The position numbers and the translations under genes are program-made. A DNA stretch of 56,318 nt, filler included, from Sphacelaria rigidula (taxonomy: Eukaryota), in the NCBI GenBank assembly GCA_964200075.2. It is 5 parts of 5 records of this genome, joined end to end, with 100 filler letters (N's around TTAATTAATTAA, not from the genome) between each part and the next. Parts side by side here need not be neighbours in the genome. Positions count along the whole stretch, not along the records: positions 1 to 11,184 come from CAXNAA020005270.1; 4 more parts are not named here. The stretch is one strand, 5' to 3'. The notes beneath the pieces were generated by a model, which searched no databases, was not told the DNA's origin, and saw only the letters and a list, made by a program, of their open reading frames with translations. Shown piece by piece: positions 1 to 11,284 of this stretch; position 1 is the first letter of the stretch; every line of letters starts with the position of its first letter.

Positions 1-179
1 TAAGAACGGTACTCCAGAAAAACTCAGAAAAAAGGACGACTATGAATTCTGAAAACTTCTGACGCTGACTACTATAAAACAAACGCGACGTGCGTACGGC
101 TTGCACTAAAGTTCAGAGCACAGGAAGGGAGCAAGCATGTGATACAGCAGGAGACGGTTTTTTACTCACCTCCCACAGA

Positions 180-1620
180 TGACGGTAACTCGAGGTGAAT
201 TGCAAGGTTTTTGCGAGAAGCGCAATCATGGCCGAGCGCTCAAAAATTGGCACTCGGCAAAAATTAAGGATCCGTCTAAAATGAGGGCAAGAACTATGAC
301 GTGGGACTTTTGCTATTTCACCGTGCTGCAGCACAAATAGCCCTGCGTACCGAAAAACGTATTTTCCCTCATTTTCTGTAAGAACCAAGGCAGTGACAGT
401 ACGGCAGCTGACGCAATCCCAGCGGACACCAAACCGTTTTCGTGAAGGTCCGACCACACCATACCACACCACAGTGATAGCCACAGCACATGAGAGAGAG
501 CGTGCGTATGTTTGTGCTGCAGCACGGTGAAATAGCAAAAGTCCCATGTCATATTTCCCCCCCTCATTTTAGGCTATCTACACACTATTGTCTGTTGTGT
601 GTTGGCTGTATCATCTTCCATGAAATGAACAAGGCGCTTCCCACACCCATCATTTCTATGCTGTAGTTGTCGCTGTGCTGTTCTGCATTTGAACACTCTA
701 CGATGAACATGGTGTGATGTGCCCTGGAGAGTGCCGGAACAGTTGTAGTTGTAGCTGCATGCGGTCTTCCGGTGAGCACACAAGTGGAGTGAGATCAAAG
801 TGCTGTCCACTAGCTGCTATCTCTACACATGGGTGAAACGATGAAACGATCACGGGACGAGTGTGCAGCTGTCTGTTGTGTCCCCGTCCGTACTTCAGCT
901 GTGGTCGGGTGCTGGAATACTAGAGGAGGAGACACGCGAGGCGGACGCGTGCACGTTGGGGTGAACAAACTGATCCAGCACGGAGCTGCTCTACCCCAAG
1001 CGTTTGACGACAGGAGCCATCTGCCTTGATGTCCCATGTAATAGTTCTTCCCCCCATGTAGACGGGTCCTCACTATTGTGCCGAGTGTCAGTTTTTGAAC
1101 GCTGGGCCATGATCGCGCTTCGTGTGAAAAGCGTAATTATGGCCCAGCGTTTGTAAACCGCCATTCGGCCAACATCGAGCTCATCCGAAATCAGGGGAAG
1201 AACTATCGCATGGGACATGTCCTGTATCACTGTGCTGCAGCACAAACACACTCATGCGCTGTTTCTTGTGCTGTAGCTGTCGCTGCGCTGTGGTGTCTCC
1301 AGGCCTATTCGAAGACGGTCTGGTCTCCACTGGGACTGACTGTATGAGTTGTTTCGTTACTGTCGTGGCGTTCGTCTCCTCGAAAAATCATGCTGTCAAC
1401 ACGTAGTGCCCTCTAGACACTGTTCTGTTTACACCTTCATGGTGTGTTGGCTATTTCGTCTCGAGTCAAACGAACAAGGCGCTTCCCAAACCCAACATTT
1501 ATATGCTGTAGTAGTCGCTGTGCTGGTGTGTATCTGAACACTCTACGGCGATCACGGTGCGATGGGCGCTCGAGAGTGCCTGAACAGTTGTCGTGCTGCA
1601 TGCGGTGTTTCGGTATGTAC
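180..1620. repeat. Two diverged tandem copies of a non-coding repeat; the first has an internal inversion
   Basis: 577-770 resembles 1413-1605 (gaacaaggcgcttccca.accca). 370-553 resembles the reverse complement of 1200-1390. A 43-bp inverted repeat lies at 295-337 / 511-553. Confidence 0.75.
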
Positions 1621-2261
1621 AGAGTTGGGGTGGCACCAAATTATCCATCGCATTTTGGAGGAATGATACTTGATTTGGGACTGAATACGGATAATACACT
1701 TTGAAATACGACCTACTCTCTCTTACCTAGGGTTTACCTGGGTGCTCCGCGAATATAGAGAAGATACTACAGGAGAAGCCCTCACGGCTTAACACCCAGC
1801 TGCACTCAACGTGCGGACAACGTGAGTATCGGTTGTATACCTGCGCTGGACTCAGCAGCAAAAAACAGTGAGCGTGCATCGTTCTGCACTGAACACAGTC
1901 TACTGCACGCTACTGGTGTCTCTACTTGGTGTTCCACAGCAACACCACAGTGTGAAGCTATGCTGGCAACAAAAGAGGTGTCAGGCAGGTGGCGAATACA
2001 GGCCACCAGTAAAAACTACGTCGTTTGTGCCCACGTGATTCATGATTTGTGATGAAAATGATTCTCCTGGTCTGCAACAACTTCTGTGCAAACCGGATAA
2101 ACGTCACGCCAACCACTGTACTTGTCAACTTGTGCTCAAAATACTATTTCTTTCTGCATATGTTGCTGTGCTGACCTCAGAAGAACACCATAACCACACT
2201 ATCACCCGTCGATTCGCCATGTTCTGGGCGTGTGCTCTGGTGCTTGCGCGAGCAGCGAGGT

Positions 2262-3034
2262 GGCTGATGTGGTGTGTGTTGTCGGGAGGACGGTTACACG
2301 TTACACGTCACGCCTGTTGGCCAGTAGAATCTCCCATTAAAAGTCCAAACCGAGCGAAACGCAACCGTCGGACTTTGGACTGACTTCGGATATCGGGGGA
2401 ATTACAAAAAGGTGTTTTAAGGGTCATTACGCAACTGTGGATGAACGAGTTTTTATTTTTATTTTCCTCGTTTTTATCGTTCCGCAGGGGTCCGGCTGGA
2501 TCGAAGTTTCCCCGAATAAAGTGAGACCCCGTGAAAACGATGAAGAAAGTCGGAAAGTGAAGAAACCTCGACCTCGGAAAGTTGCGTAATGACCCATAGA
2601 ACACCTGTGCAAAATTTCAGGGTCTCACTCTTCAAAAAGGCGTGAAGTTTTGCCGATAAGTATTTTTGGGTCGTTTCCGTGAACCAACCTGCTCGATCAC
2701 AGCACCATGCCCATCTTCAATTTTCGATTTATAATATCGATAACTTATTTTCCGTAAAACATGCACAGGTCGGACGAGTCATTACTCGTTTAGACGAGCG
2801 CACTCGAGGATGTTTTTCCAAGACACAATAAGCATGACTCGTGTGCTCGAGTCATCACTTTTTTTTACAACGAGCAATGACTCGTGCGCTCGAGTCGATA
2901 CCTTTTTTTCACAACGAACAAGGACTCGAGTGCTCGCCCTATTCATTTTTACGGCCAACGAGCAGCCCAACGAGTGCGAGTGCCACGAGTCACACTCGTG
3001 CTCGTCCGAGGTATGAAAACATGCCCTCGCAGCC
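2262..3034. mobile_element. Probable non-autonomous element hosting the hAT MITE
   Basis: Ends GGCTG...CAGCC. Internal inverted pair ggtgttttaagggtcattacgcaact (2411) / agttgcgtaatgacccatagaacacc (2580). Boundaries are approximate. Confidence 0.45.
2764..3015. mobile_element. hAT-type MITE
   Basis: 8-bp direct repeat AAAACATG at 2756-2763 and 3016-3023. Imperfect TIRs CACAGGTCGGACGAG / CTCGTCCGAGGTATG (12/15). Many internal ACTCG/CGAG motifs. Confidence 0.85.
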
Positions 3035-4214
3035 TTGACTTATGTGCCCACACCGCGACTTTATGCGGGTACACACCTCGGTCTACAGCGAAAAGGGAAC
3101 GCAGCACGCGCAACCCACGGGCTGACGTTGTGGCCGTCAAGACAAACAATATCAGCCACAGCGGCATCGCGGTTGTCGCGTCATGAACAGAAGCGTGAGG
3201 CGAGCTACGGCCGTGGTTGTAACCACCATGCAACGTCATCTATTTGCAGTTCCTATGCTTCAGTGGGCATGGCATACGCTGCGCTGGCAACTGAACAAAG
3301 CTTCTTGTATCGTTGCGTCGGTGGGCGAGAATCGTTCCAGCAATGCTAATTTCGACCACAGCGTTGAGTTGCTTCTCGTGCTTTCGAACGGTGCTTTTTT
3401 ACATTGAAAGAGTAATGAAAGCCTCAAAACCGTCGAACATTTCCGTTTTAGCCGTCTTCCCACACCGGTGATTTGTTCGACATATTGATTAACGGCCACA
3501 TCACCGAAGCCCCATGGGATTGGTCCAGGTTATCGTGGGAACTGCATTTTTTTCCGAATCACCCGAGTGGTCACACGAGAGCCTTTTCAGATTCAGATCT
3601 CCGGCCGTAGGAGTCCGTCTGACCGCGGAGCCGTCCAGTTGAGTCCATACTTTTTGAAACACCAATTTTTCGTTTTGTTTTTGTGTACGTTGTCGGTTGC
3701 TCTCGCGATAGAATCTCGAACTGTTGATGGTCAAAGAGGAATCCCTTGTAGCGCCCTCCATCAATTGGAGGATAGCAATAGCTGAGGTGTAGATGTCCGC
3801 TCATTGGCTTCTCGGGTGCTTCCAGCCGCCGCGCCCCGACGGTGCAACGATCCGTCTGTCGCCATTATGATGGAGAGAATGAGGGTTCGACTACTGACGC
3901 GTTTTTTTTTTTTCGTAGTATCTGATATTCACCGTGGGAAGCGCGAGGACGTGACGAAACTCTGTAGCCGACTGAGTTCGTTTAAGATAAGTTGACGCGA
4001 TGCGGGAGTACCGACCGAATCCGCGAGACCGAAATGCATGGCGTGTACAGGGGAGAGATGGGTCATTCCCTTGAGACCACAGACTCGTCCCGAGGAAGAG
4101 GTGCGAAGAAAACGAAGGAAAAAAATTGGCAGATTTTCTCTTTCATGTTAGTCCTGACCCATAGCATTGCAGCCTACCCTGACTCGGGGTGCGAGTCGAG
4201 GGTTTCGAGAACAG

Positions 4215-4429
4215 GATGAGTAGAGTATACTCAATCCTCATTATTTTCGAAGAGTCATACGTTTAGTACTCGGATTTTGAGTAGAGTATTGAGGTCATAG
4301 CCAAATGATACCCTTACTCTTTACCCCAGTATTACTGAGAGTGCTTACTCAATATTCGAGTAGAGTATTGAAGGTCGTACTCGATCTACTCAAAGTTCGA
4401 GTAAAACAGTCGAGGCCGTGCCCAATCTA
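4215..4429. repeat. Motif-rich MITE-like repeat
   Basis: Repeated gagtagagtat and tactc motifs in both orientations. Termini not established. Confidence 0.5.
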
Positions 4430-4877
4430 CCCGAAAGTTGGGTAAAGTATCTGAGGCCGAACCCGATGAACCACCGCTGACTCCCCCATGGAGGAGTCAC
4501 ATGTGTGGCCAGTAGAGTCGCTTATTCCAATTTCACGAAATGAACGTCGGTTCTGCTCCGGGTAAAAATCCGACCAATCGGTTTCCTGTGACTCGATTTT
4601 TGCGACCTTTTTTTTGTAGTAAATTTTCCCAGTCTTGAACCGCTCTTGATTTTGGTTTCTTGGAGAAAACTTTGCCGAACAAAAACCAAAGGCATCTTGC
4701 TCCAAGGGGCACCTAGACACACACCAGTTGCTGCTGCCTACCTCGGGATCATAATCCAAATCGAACTCTTGAGTGAGAACGCCCAGCGTACAGCTGCCTG
4801 ACGCGACCACTGCGTTCTGACACGGACCCTTCCCCATGTACCCGACAAGGGGGCAACATCCCCGTACAGACAGTCAC

Positions 4878-6971
4878 GGGCGCGCCTGACCCCCCAAAAT
4901 GGGCACAAAAAGTGTCACTGACCAAAATCACGAAGATACACGAACAGGTCGACCTTTCGGGACTTATCTAGGCTTGTCGGGTAAAATATGCCTTGCGTCA
5001 TTGAAAGTGAACGACATGCATCCAAAATTCATATAGAGAACCCTACCATTACTTCCGTTGTTGTTCCTCATATATTGCATGACCTTGCATCGCTTTTCGT
5101 CCGCGCTTGCGATACGCTGGAATGCCAGGAGACTCGTTGAAATGACCCAACCAACGCACACCGAGAACCCTCGGGCAAGGGCGGTACATACATTCTCTAA
5201 ACAAAGTGAAGTCTTGGTAGGCCCCAAATCTTCGCCTGTGGCGCCGATTTCAACGAAAACACGTTCTGCTCACACGAGCCCACGGGACTTGTCAGTCCTA
5301 CTTGAATTCCGATTCTTGTTTTAGACACTCAAACCAAGTAATATCAACCACGAACACTTGCAGCCCAACGCCAGTACCTGAAACCGGAACGCGGAACCAT
5401 TTGTTTTCGAGACTGCGGATCGAAATTGGGGCAAAATCATATGCTCAATATGCGACAGAACCATATGTACTGATGAACTTCAACGAGGACGGCCCTTACA
5501 CAGACGAGTGGAGTGCAGTCGTCGGGTGTGTCATGTAGGCTGGGCGGATGTTGGTCGACCTCCTTGTCATGTTTTGAGGAATTTGATTTATCGGATCCCA
5601 TCGCTCTATAATTCTAGCGGATGAACGACTCGTCCTGTGCCAGGGTATTTGTTGTGCGGTGGGCATGCCGTTTCATTTCATGATTATGCATGATTTTCAT
5701 CGGACTCCGAAGATATCGTGTTCCAAGAGGGAATGAGAACAAACCGTCGGCCGTCACCCATCACTGCCGATACAACAGACGCGTGTCTTGGAACGGGTGA
5801 GTACACTGAAAAACATTAATGGGGCTTCGGTGCCATGTGGCTTCAGCAAAAGTGGGCCGACGACTTTATGCTGTCTTTTGTGTCGTCTTGATGCAGTATA
5901 GTTGACCATTCGGGAGGGTCAGTGGGTCCATCTTGATTATATTTTGAACACCGAAATATGGATCTTTGCATGGGAGCTGTGCTCCTGGCATGCTCCTAGC
6001 GTGTCCCCAACGCGTTTTTGTCTGAATCGGCGCCTGGGGCACCGATTTGAAGTCTGGCAACGCACACTTCGCGTAGGGAATACGTTGCACTCGTCTTGCC
6101 CGAGGATTCTCAGTATGCCCTTGGTGTGGTTAGGGTTAGGTTTGGTGTTGAAATTTGTTCGATTCACTGCTGCAAGGTCGCCAAGATGGTTCTTGCTTTC
6201 GTTCGTGCGATTCATGATCATGTCTAAAACAGCTGTTGGAGTGTGTTGCCACTGCGGATACTGCTCTTTTTGTTGAACGCCAGCTTGCCCTGTGGCTTTC
6301 TTGTCTCCTTCAGCTCAGAGTTTGTCCATACTTGCGGCCAGGTGAGATTAGATACAAAGCTACGCTATCGATGGTGGCGTGGTGATGGCACCGGGTGCAG
6401 GAGAGCGAGCGCTACTCCTGCCACTATCACAAGCGATGCACAGATGGGGGTAAATATCCGCAGACACGGAAGCCTTAGGGGTTCGGTCTAAGGTTCAATT
6501 TGTACACCTGCCGATCATTCCACACATGCGATGTATCAACCATCTGCGGTATCAAGATCCATTCATGGGTGTAATCTATTCTGCAGCCGTTGGACAGGGG
6601 TGAGGTTTTCGGATGTCGTGGAAACCGGCGAGTGTTGGAGACGCTGGTTTGCGCTCGTAGCCCAAACGGTTGCCCCCATTACGCATCGCCAAGGCCATCG
6701 ATTGGGATGCGATGTTTTGCATCATCTGCGCCAAGACGACAGCTGCATAAGAATCTGTGCTTGCCGACCTCCGCCAGTTTGCCCAATAATCTGTGGATTG
6801 GCAAGCACAGATGTTTATGCACGGATTTTTGTTCAGCGGTCAATCTCAGAACTTCGGATCCAAGCGAATGTGAAAAGCAGACTAGGTTCCTGTCTGTGGG
6901 GTGATGAAAAGTGTCCGAGACGTGTTGGCGGTTTTCTTGGTTCGGGGGTCAAAAGGTGGGTCAAACGTCCC
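4878..6971. mobile_element. ~2.1 kb non-coding repeat, family A copy 1
   Basis: Starts GGGCGCGCCTGACCCCCC and ends GTGGGTCAAACGTCCC (weak TIR). Colinear with 7659-9370. No TSD identified. Confidence 0.75.
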
Positions 6972-7658
6972 AAAAGTGAACTATCCGTGAGCCAGAAATC
7001 TGTTTGCCATAACATCTGGCCTTAGAGTAGTGCAACGTTTCGGTGGGCTGCATACTCAACAGTGGTACGAAAACAACCACATCTTGCCCAAGAAAACGTC
7101 AATCGTAAATCGTAAATCGTCATTTTCCCATCAAGGGTTCCAAAATGGTTGAACAGGGCTCCGCATGTAACGGACGTTGTGACGTGTGACGTTGAGCTAT
7201 GACGTGTAACGAACTTTGTGACGTGAAACGTCAAGTGCCCTGGATTAGAATGGTCACCAAGCGAGCGTCGAATCAACAACCCCAGGCACCCTCATAGACA
7301 GATACCAAGGCTGTTCGGAAGACGGTAGATGTACCAGGGAGTGTACTACCCAGCAGTCGACTCGTTGCGTTTCGGTGGTCCTTGGTGGGTACTGAGAGAA
7401 CTATAGCGGTAACACAATAAACACTTTCATGGCATGGCGTGTTTTGGTCCCGGCTGCTATATATATCTTAACCCCCTCCTCCACGACTCCGCATCACTTG
7501 GACACATCTTTGGCGACTTGACTCAACAATGTCCCGTTTACTCCGAAGTCGGAGCAGTATTCCATGACACTGTTGTAGGCATCTTGCTTGTCGGCGTGCC
7601 TTCGTCTTCTTCGACCATTACTCTATGCAACACGATGTTAGGAAGGCGCAACTGTTAT

Positions 7659-9370
7659 GGGCGCGCCTGACCCCCCAAAATGGGCGAAAAAAATGTAACT
7701 GACCAAAAGCACGATTAGACATGAACATACCGACTTTTGGGGCTTATCCAGGCTCGTGAGGTAAAATGTGCCTCACGTCTTCCTAAGAGGACGGCATGGA
7801 TCCAAAATTCATACCGAGAAAAAGTGTACGGCATTCAAAAATCAAAACCCTACCGTTATTTCCGTTGTTGTTCCTCACATGTTACATGCCACTGTGTCGT
7901 TTTTCGTCCGCGTTTGGGATACCCTGGCATGCAAGGAGGCTGGTTGGGTTGAACAAACCCAACGCACACCGAGAACACCCGGATAAGGGCGGTACATAGA
8001 CTCCCTGCAGAAAGTGAAGCCTTGGTAGACCCCAAATCGGCGCCTGTGGCACCGATTTCAACGAAAACGCATTGTGCGCAGCCGAGGAGCACACGGAACC
8101 GTCAGCCGTATTAAAATTCCGATTCTCGTTGTACGCATTTAAATAAGTAATATCAACCATGAACATTTGTAGCCCAACGCTGGTAAGTGAAACCAGGAAG
8201 CTGAACCATTGTTTTGGGGGGGATGCGGATCAAAGTTGAGTCAAAATGATGTGCTCAACATGCGACAAAGCCATATGTAATGATGAACTTCAACGAGGAC
8301 GGCCCTTACACAGACGAGTAGAGTACAAATAGTCACCGGGTATGTAATGTGGGCTGGGCGGGTGTTGGTCCACCACCTTGTCATGGTTTGAGGAGCTTGA
8401 TTTATCGGCTGTCTCATTTCACAGCTTGTGTCGGACGGATGACTCGCGTTGTGCAAGTGTATTTGTTGTTCCGTGGGCATGGCTTTTCATTTGATGAATA
8501 TGGCGTTGATTAGCTCTTTGACCGCGGCGTCTGGTCACGTGCTGGAACGGCATCATTTTTCACTTGAAAAAAGTATGCAAGGTCCAGATGGACTACCCTC
8601 GCGGTCTAGACTCCAAAGATATTCTGTTGCAAGAGAGAATGAGAACAAACGGTCGTCCGTTACCCACCAGTACCGATAGAACGGATCCGTTTCCTAGGTC
8701 AACTGGAAGACATGATTGGGGCTTCGGTGCCATGTGGCTCCAGCGGAAGTGGGCGGACGGACGACTTCATGCTGTCTTCTGGGTCGTCTTGACGCAGCAT
8801 ATTTCACCATTCGGGGGGGGGGTAAGCTGGTTCATCTTGATCTCCGTGTGGAAACCGAAATCCAGATCTTCCTTGAGGGCTGTGCTCCTAGCATGCGCAA
8901 AACGCGTTTTTGCCCAAATCGGCGCCGGGGCGCGGATTTGAGCTCTGGCAACGCACCCTTGGCCCAGGCAATACGTTGCACCCCCCATGCCCGAGGGTTC
9001 TCGATATGCCTTCGTTGTGGTCAGGGTCAGGGCCAGTTTTATACTTTGTTCTCTCCGCTGCTGCGAGATCGCGAAGATGATTCTAGCTTCTGGGGATTCA
9101 TTCGAAGGTTCAAATTCTACATCTGTCGAACATTCCTCATATCTGATCTTACAACCATCTGCACTATCAAGAGTCATCCATAGGTGTAATCTACTCTGAG
9201 GCCGTTGGACAGGGGTGACGTTTTTGTATGTCCTGGAAACCGGCGGGGGTTGGAGGTGTGGTCTGCGCTCATAGCCCAAATGGTTGCCCCCATTGCTCAT
9301 CACCAAGGCCATCGATTGGGATGCGAATTTTTGCATGATCCGCGCCAAGACAACAGCTACAAATCCCGTC
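7659..9370. mobile_element. Family A copy 2 (right end not recognised)
   Basis: Same start gggcgcgcctgaccccccaaaatgggc. Shares blocks with copy 1 such as tgatgaacttcaacgaggacggcccttacacagacgag and ccaaggccatcgattgggatgcga. Confidence 0.78.
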
Positions 9371-10424
9371 GTCGATTTTTTTTATCTCATCGGGATCCGA
9401 GTTGTACAACAAATTAATAATTTTGGGACCGGGCCTCCAGAACGACCAATGAGGCTGGTCAGTAATGACGTGTCTGGCGTCTGAACGAAACAAAGCAGGG
9501 TTATGACAAAGACCGAAGGTTTCATCTAGTCTATTTTCAGGTGCAGGGTGCGCATTAGGTGGTGTACATCTGGTGTAGTAAGCAGTATGGGTCGCGGTAA
9601 AAAGGAGCTTCCAACAGGATGCGGCGACCGGCGGGCCGCCCGCGACTTGTGGGTTTGGATGATACGTTTGTCCCCATCACCTTGCCACACAGCCCTTTGT
9701 GGTCGGGGCGGGCCGCCATTCCCCCCTTTGTTTTGTTGCATGCGGCATATTCTCTTCGAAGGGTATCAGCGCTGCGGCGCGCATACATACAACAGAATAG
9801 TACACTGTAGTACAGTGTAGTACGCCTCTCCGACTGAAGCAGCAGCTGCCGCTGCATACTCCCTTGTACGTTCTGGGCAATTCTCAGCTACCGAGATCAA
9901 CTGCCTATATACCGCTTCTTCCTCTCCGCCCACTACATACATGTTGACTGCAAACTGCGAGTCATCGGCAGAGGGATGCGCAGAATTCACTACGGTAGCT
10001 CCTCTTGTCTTTCCACAGCCCATTTGGACTTTATGCCTCGTGAAAATGACCACGGGGTAACATGTACGCTCCTTCCCGAGATTTTCCGGCCCACCCTGTG
10101 TTAGCGTAAATGACTACGTTTTAGTATCGATCTGGAACCCAAAAAAACGCTCCAGAAAAACTCGCGAACGGTATACTGAGTGCAAGTAATTCCATAAAAC
10201 CAAGCTGCGACCGCCCTGCACTTAGAAACCTGGGAAGGCTTATCTGGGCCAGGGGTAGGGCCCCACACGATCTTTGCAGTGGCATCACATCCGACAACAA
10301 TCCCCGCGCTGGTCGTTCGGATCTGGTCGATGAATTTCGTCTCGCTGTGACTATGGGTAGGTCGCTCGAAGACATATTTTCCATTATTCCACCAACACAG
10401 GGTCAACCCTGTGTTAGTGGGGGT

Positions 10425-10720
10425 CCGGTCCCAAAAGGGTTAATTGGTACCCTCTCGAATCCATTTCACGGTTGTGTCGTTGGTTCGAATCTCGATGAAG
10501 TCACACGAACTGGAGTTTCTCTCACACCATACGTCTGTGACCACGGGTTCGCGAGATCGGACTAATGTGCGGAAATAATAATAATATTAATACCCAACAG
10601 TGAAGAGCGACTATGTCGTGGGTATCCGAAGTTCGACTGCATGGTCGACGAGGGAAAGAGACTGCTGAATCCCTCTCGCGATAAAAAAATAAAGCAAGCA
10701 CCAGGGGGCAGCGCGGAGAA
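10425..10720 (+). mobile_element. tRNA-derived SINE, second copy, interrupted by a LINE tail
   Basis: B box GGTTCGAATC at ~10482. Body homologous to 27400-27620. Confidence 0.65.
10531..10592 (+). mobile_element. 5'-truncated retroposon 3' end with (AAT)n tail
   Basis: acgtctgtgaccacgggttcgcgagatcggactaatgtgcggaa(ata)n. Near-identical reverse copy at 30076-30172. Confidence 0.75.
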
Positions 10721-10957
10721 AGTTTTCGGACACGTCCCCCCCGCCCTCCTCCCCGGGGGATATATTTTGGAAAACTGTCATTATTTTTTTGTCAACTTGG
10801 TCGCATCGCAAGAAATTGATCAATAAACACTTCTTTTTTTTTTTGCTACGTTTGTCACAAGAAATTGATGAGTGAACACAGACGAAAACCGAAAACTCTG
10901 GTGGGCTCTGCGGAGTGCGTATATTTGCTTCTGCTCATTTATATATATATATATATC

Positions 10958-11184
10958 ACGGGCACCGTAGGTAAGGTAGGTACCTAGTACCGGTATTTGG
11001 GACATCTCATACCCTACCGATACCGGTCCAATCCGGTATTTTCAAGATTTCAATACCTACCGTACCCGCCCAATCCGGTATTTTCAAAACTCATACCTAC
11101 GATACCTACGATACCAGAGTATATCGAGGTTTCAATACCTACCATACCGGCCCAATCCGGTATTTTCAAAACTCATACCTACGA
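10958..11184. repeat. Motif-rich MITE-like repeat truncated by the gap
   Basis: Three copies of ccaatccggtattttcaa plus repeated atacctac motifs. Confidence 0.65.
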
Positions 11185-11284
11185 NNNNNNNNNNNNNNNN
11201 NNNNNNNNNNNNNNNNNNNNNNNNNNNNTTAATTAATTAANNNNNNNNNNNNNNNNNNNNNNNNNNNNNNNNNNNNNNNNNNNN
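11185..11284. other. Artificial contig linker (N44-TTAATTAATTAA-N44)
   Basis: The same 100-bp spacer occurs four times. The linker places stop codons in all six frames. Confidence 0.97.

Noticed and set aside
6130..6141. Telomeric TTAGGG repeat
   Set aside because: Fewer than two full units, inside a dispersed repeat whose sister copy reads tcagggtcaggg.
11229..11240. TTAATTAATTAA as a biological motif such as a piggyBac site
   Set aside because: It is embedded in Ns and identical at all four gaps, so it is an assembly linker.
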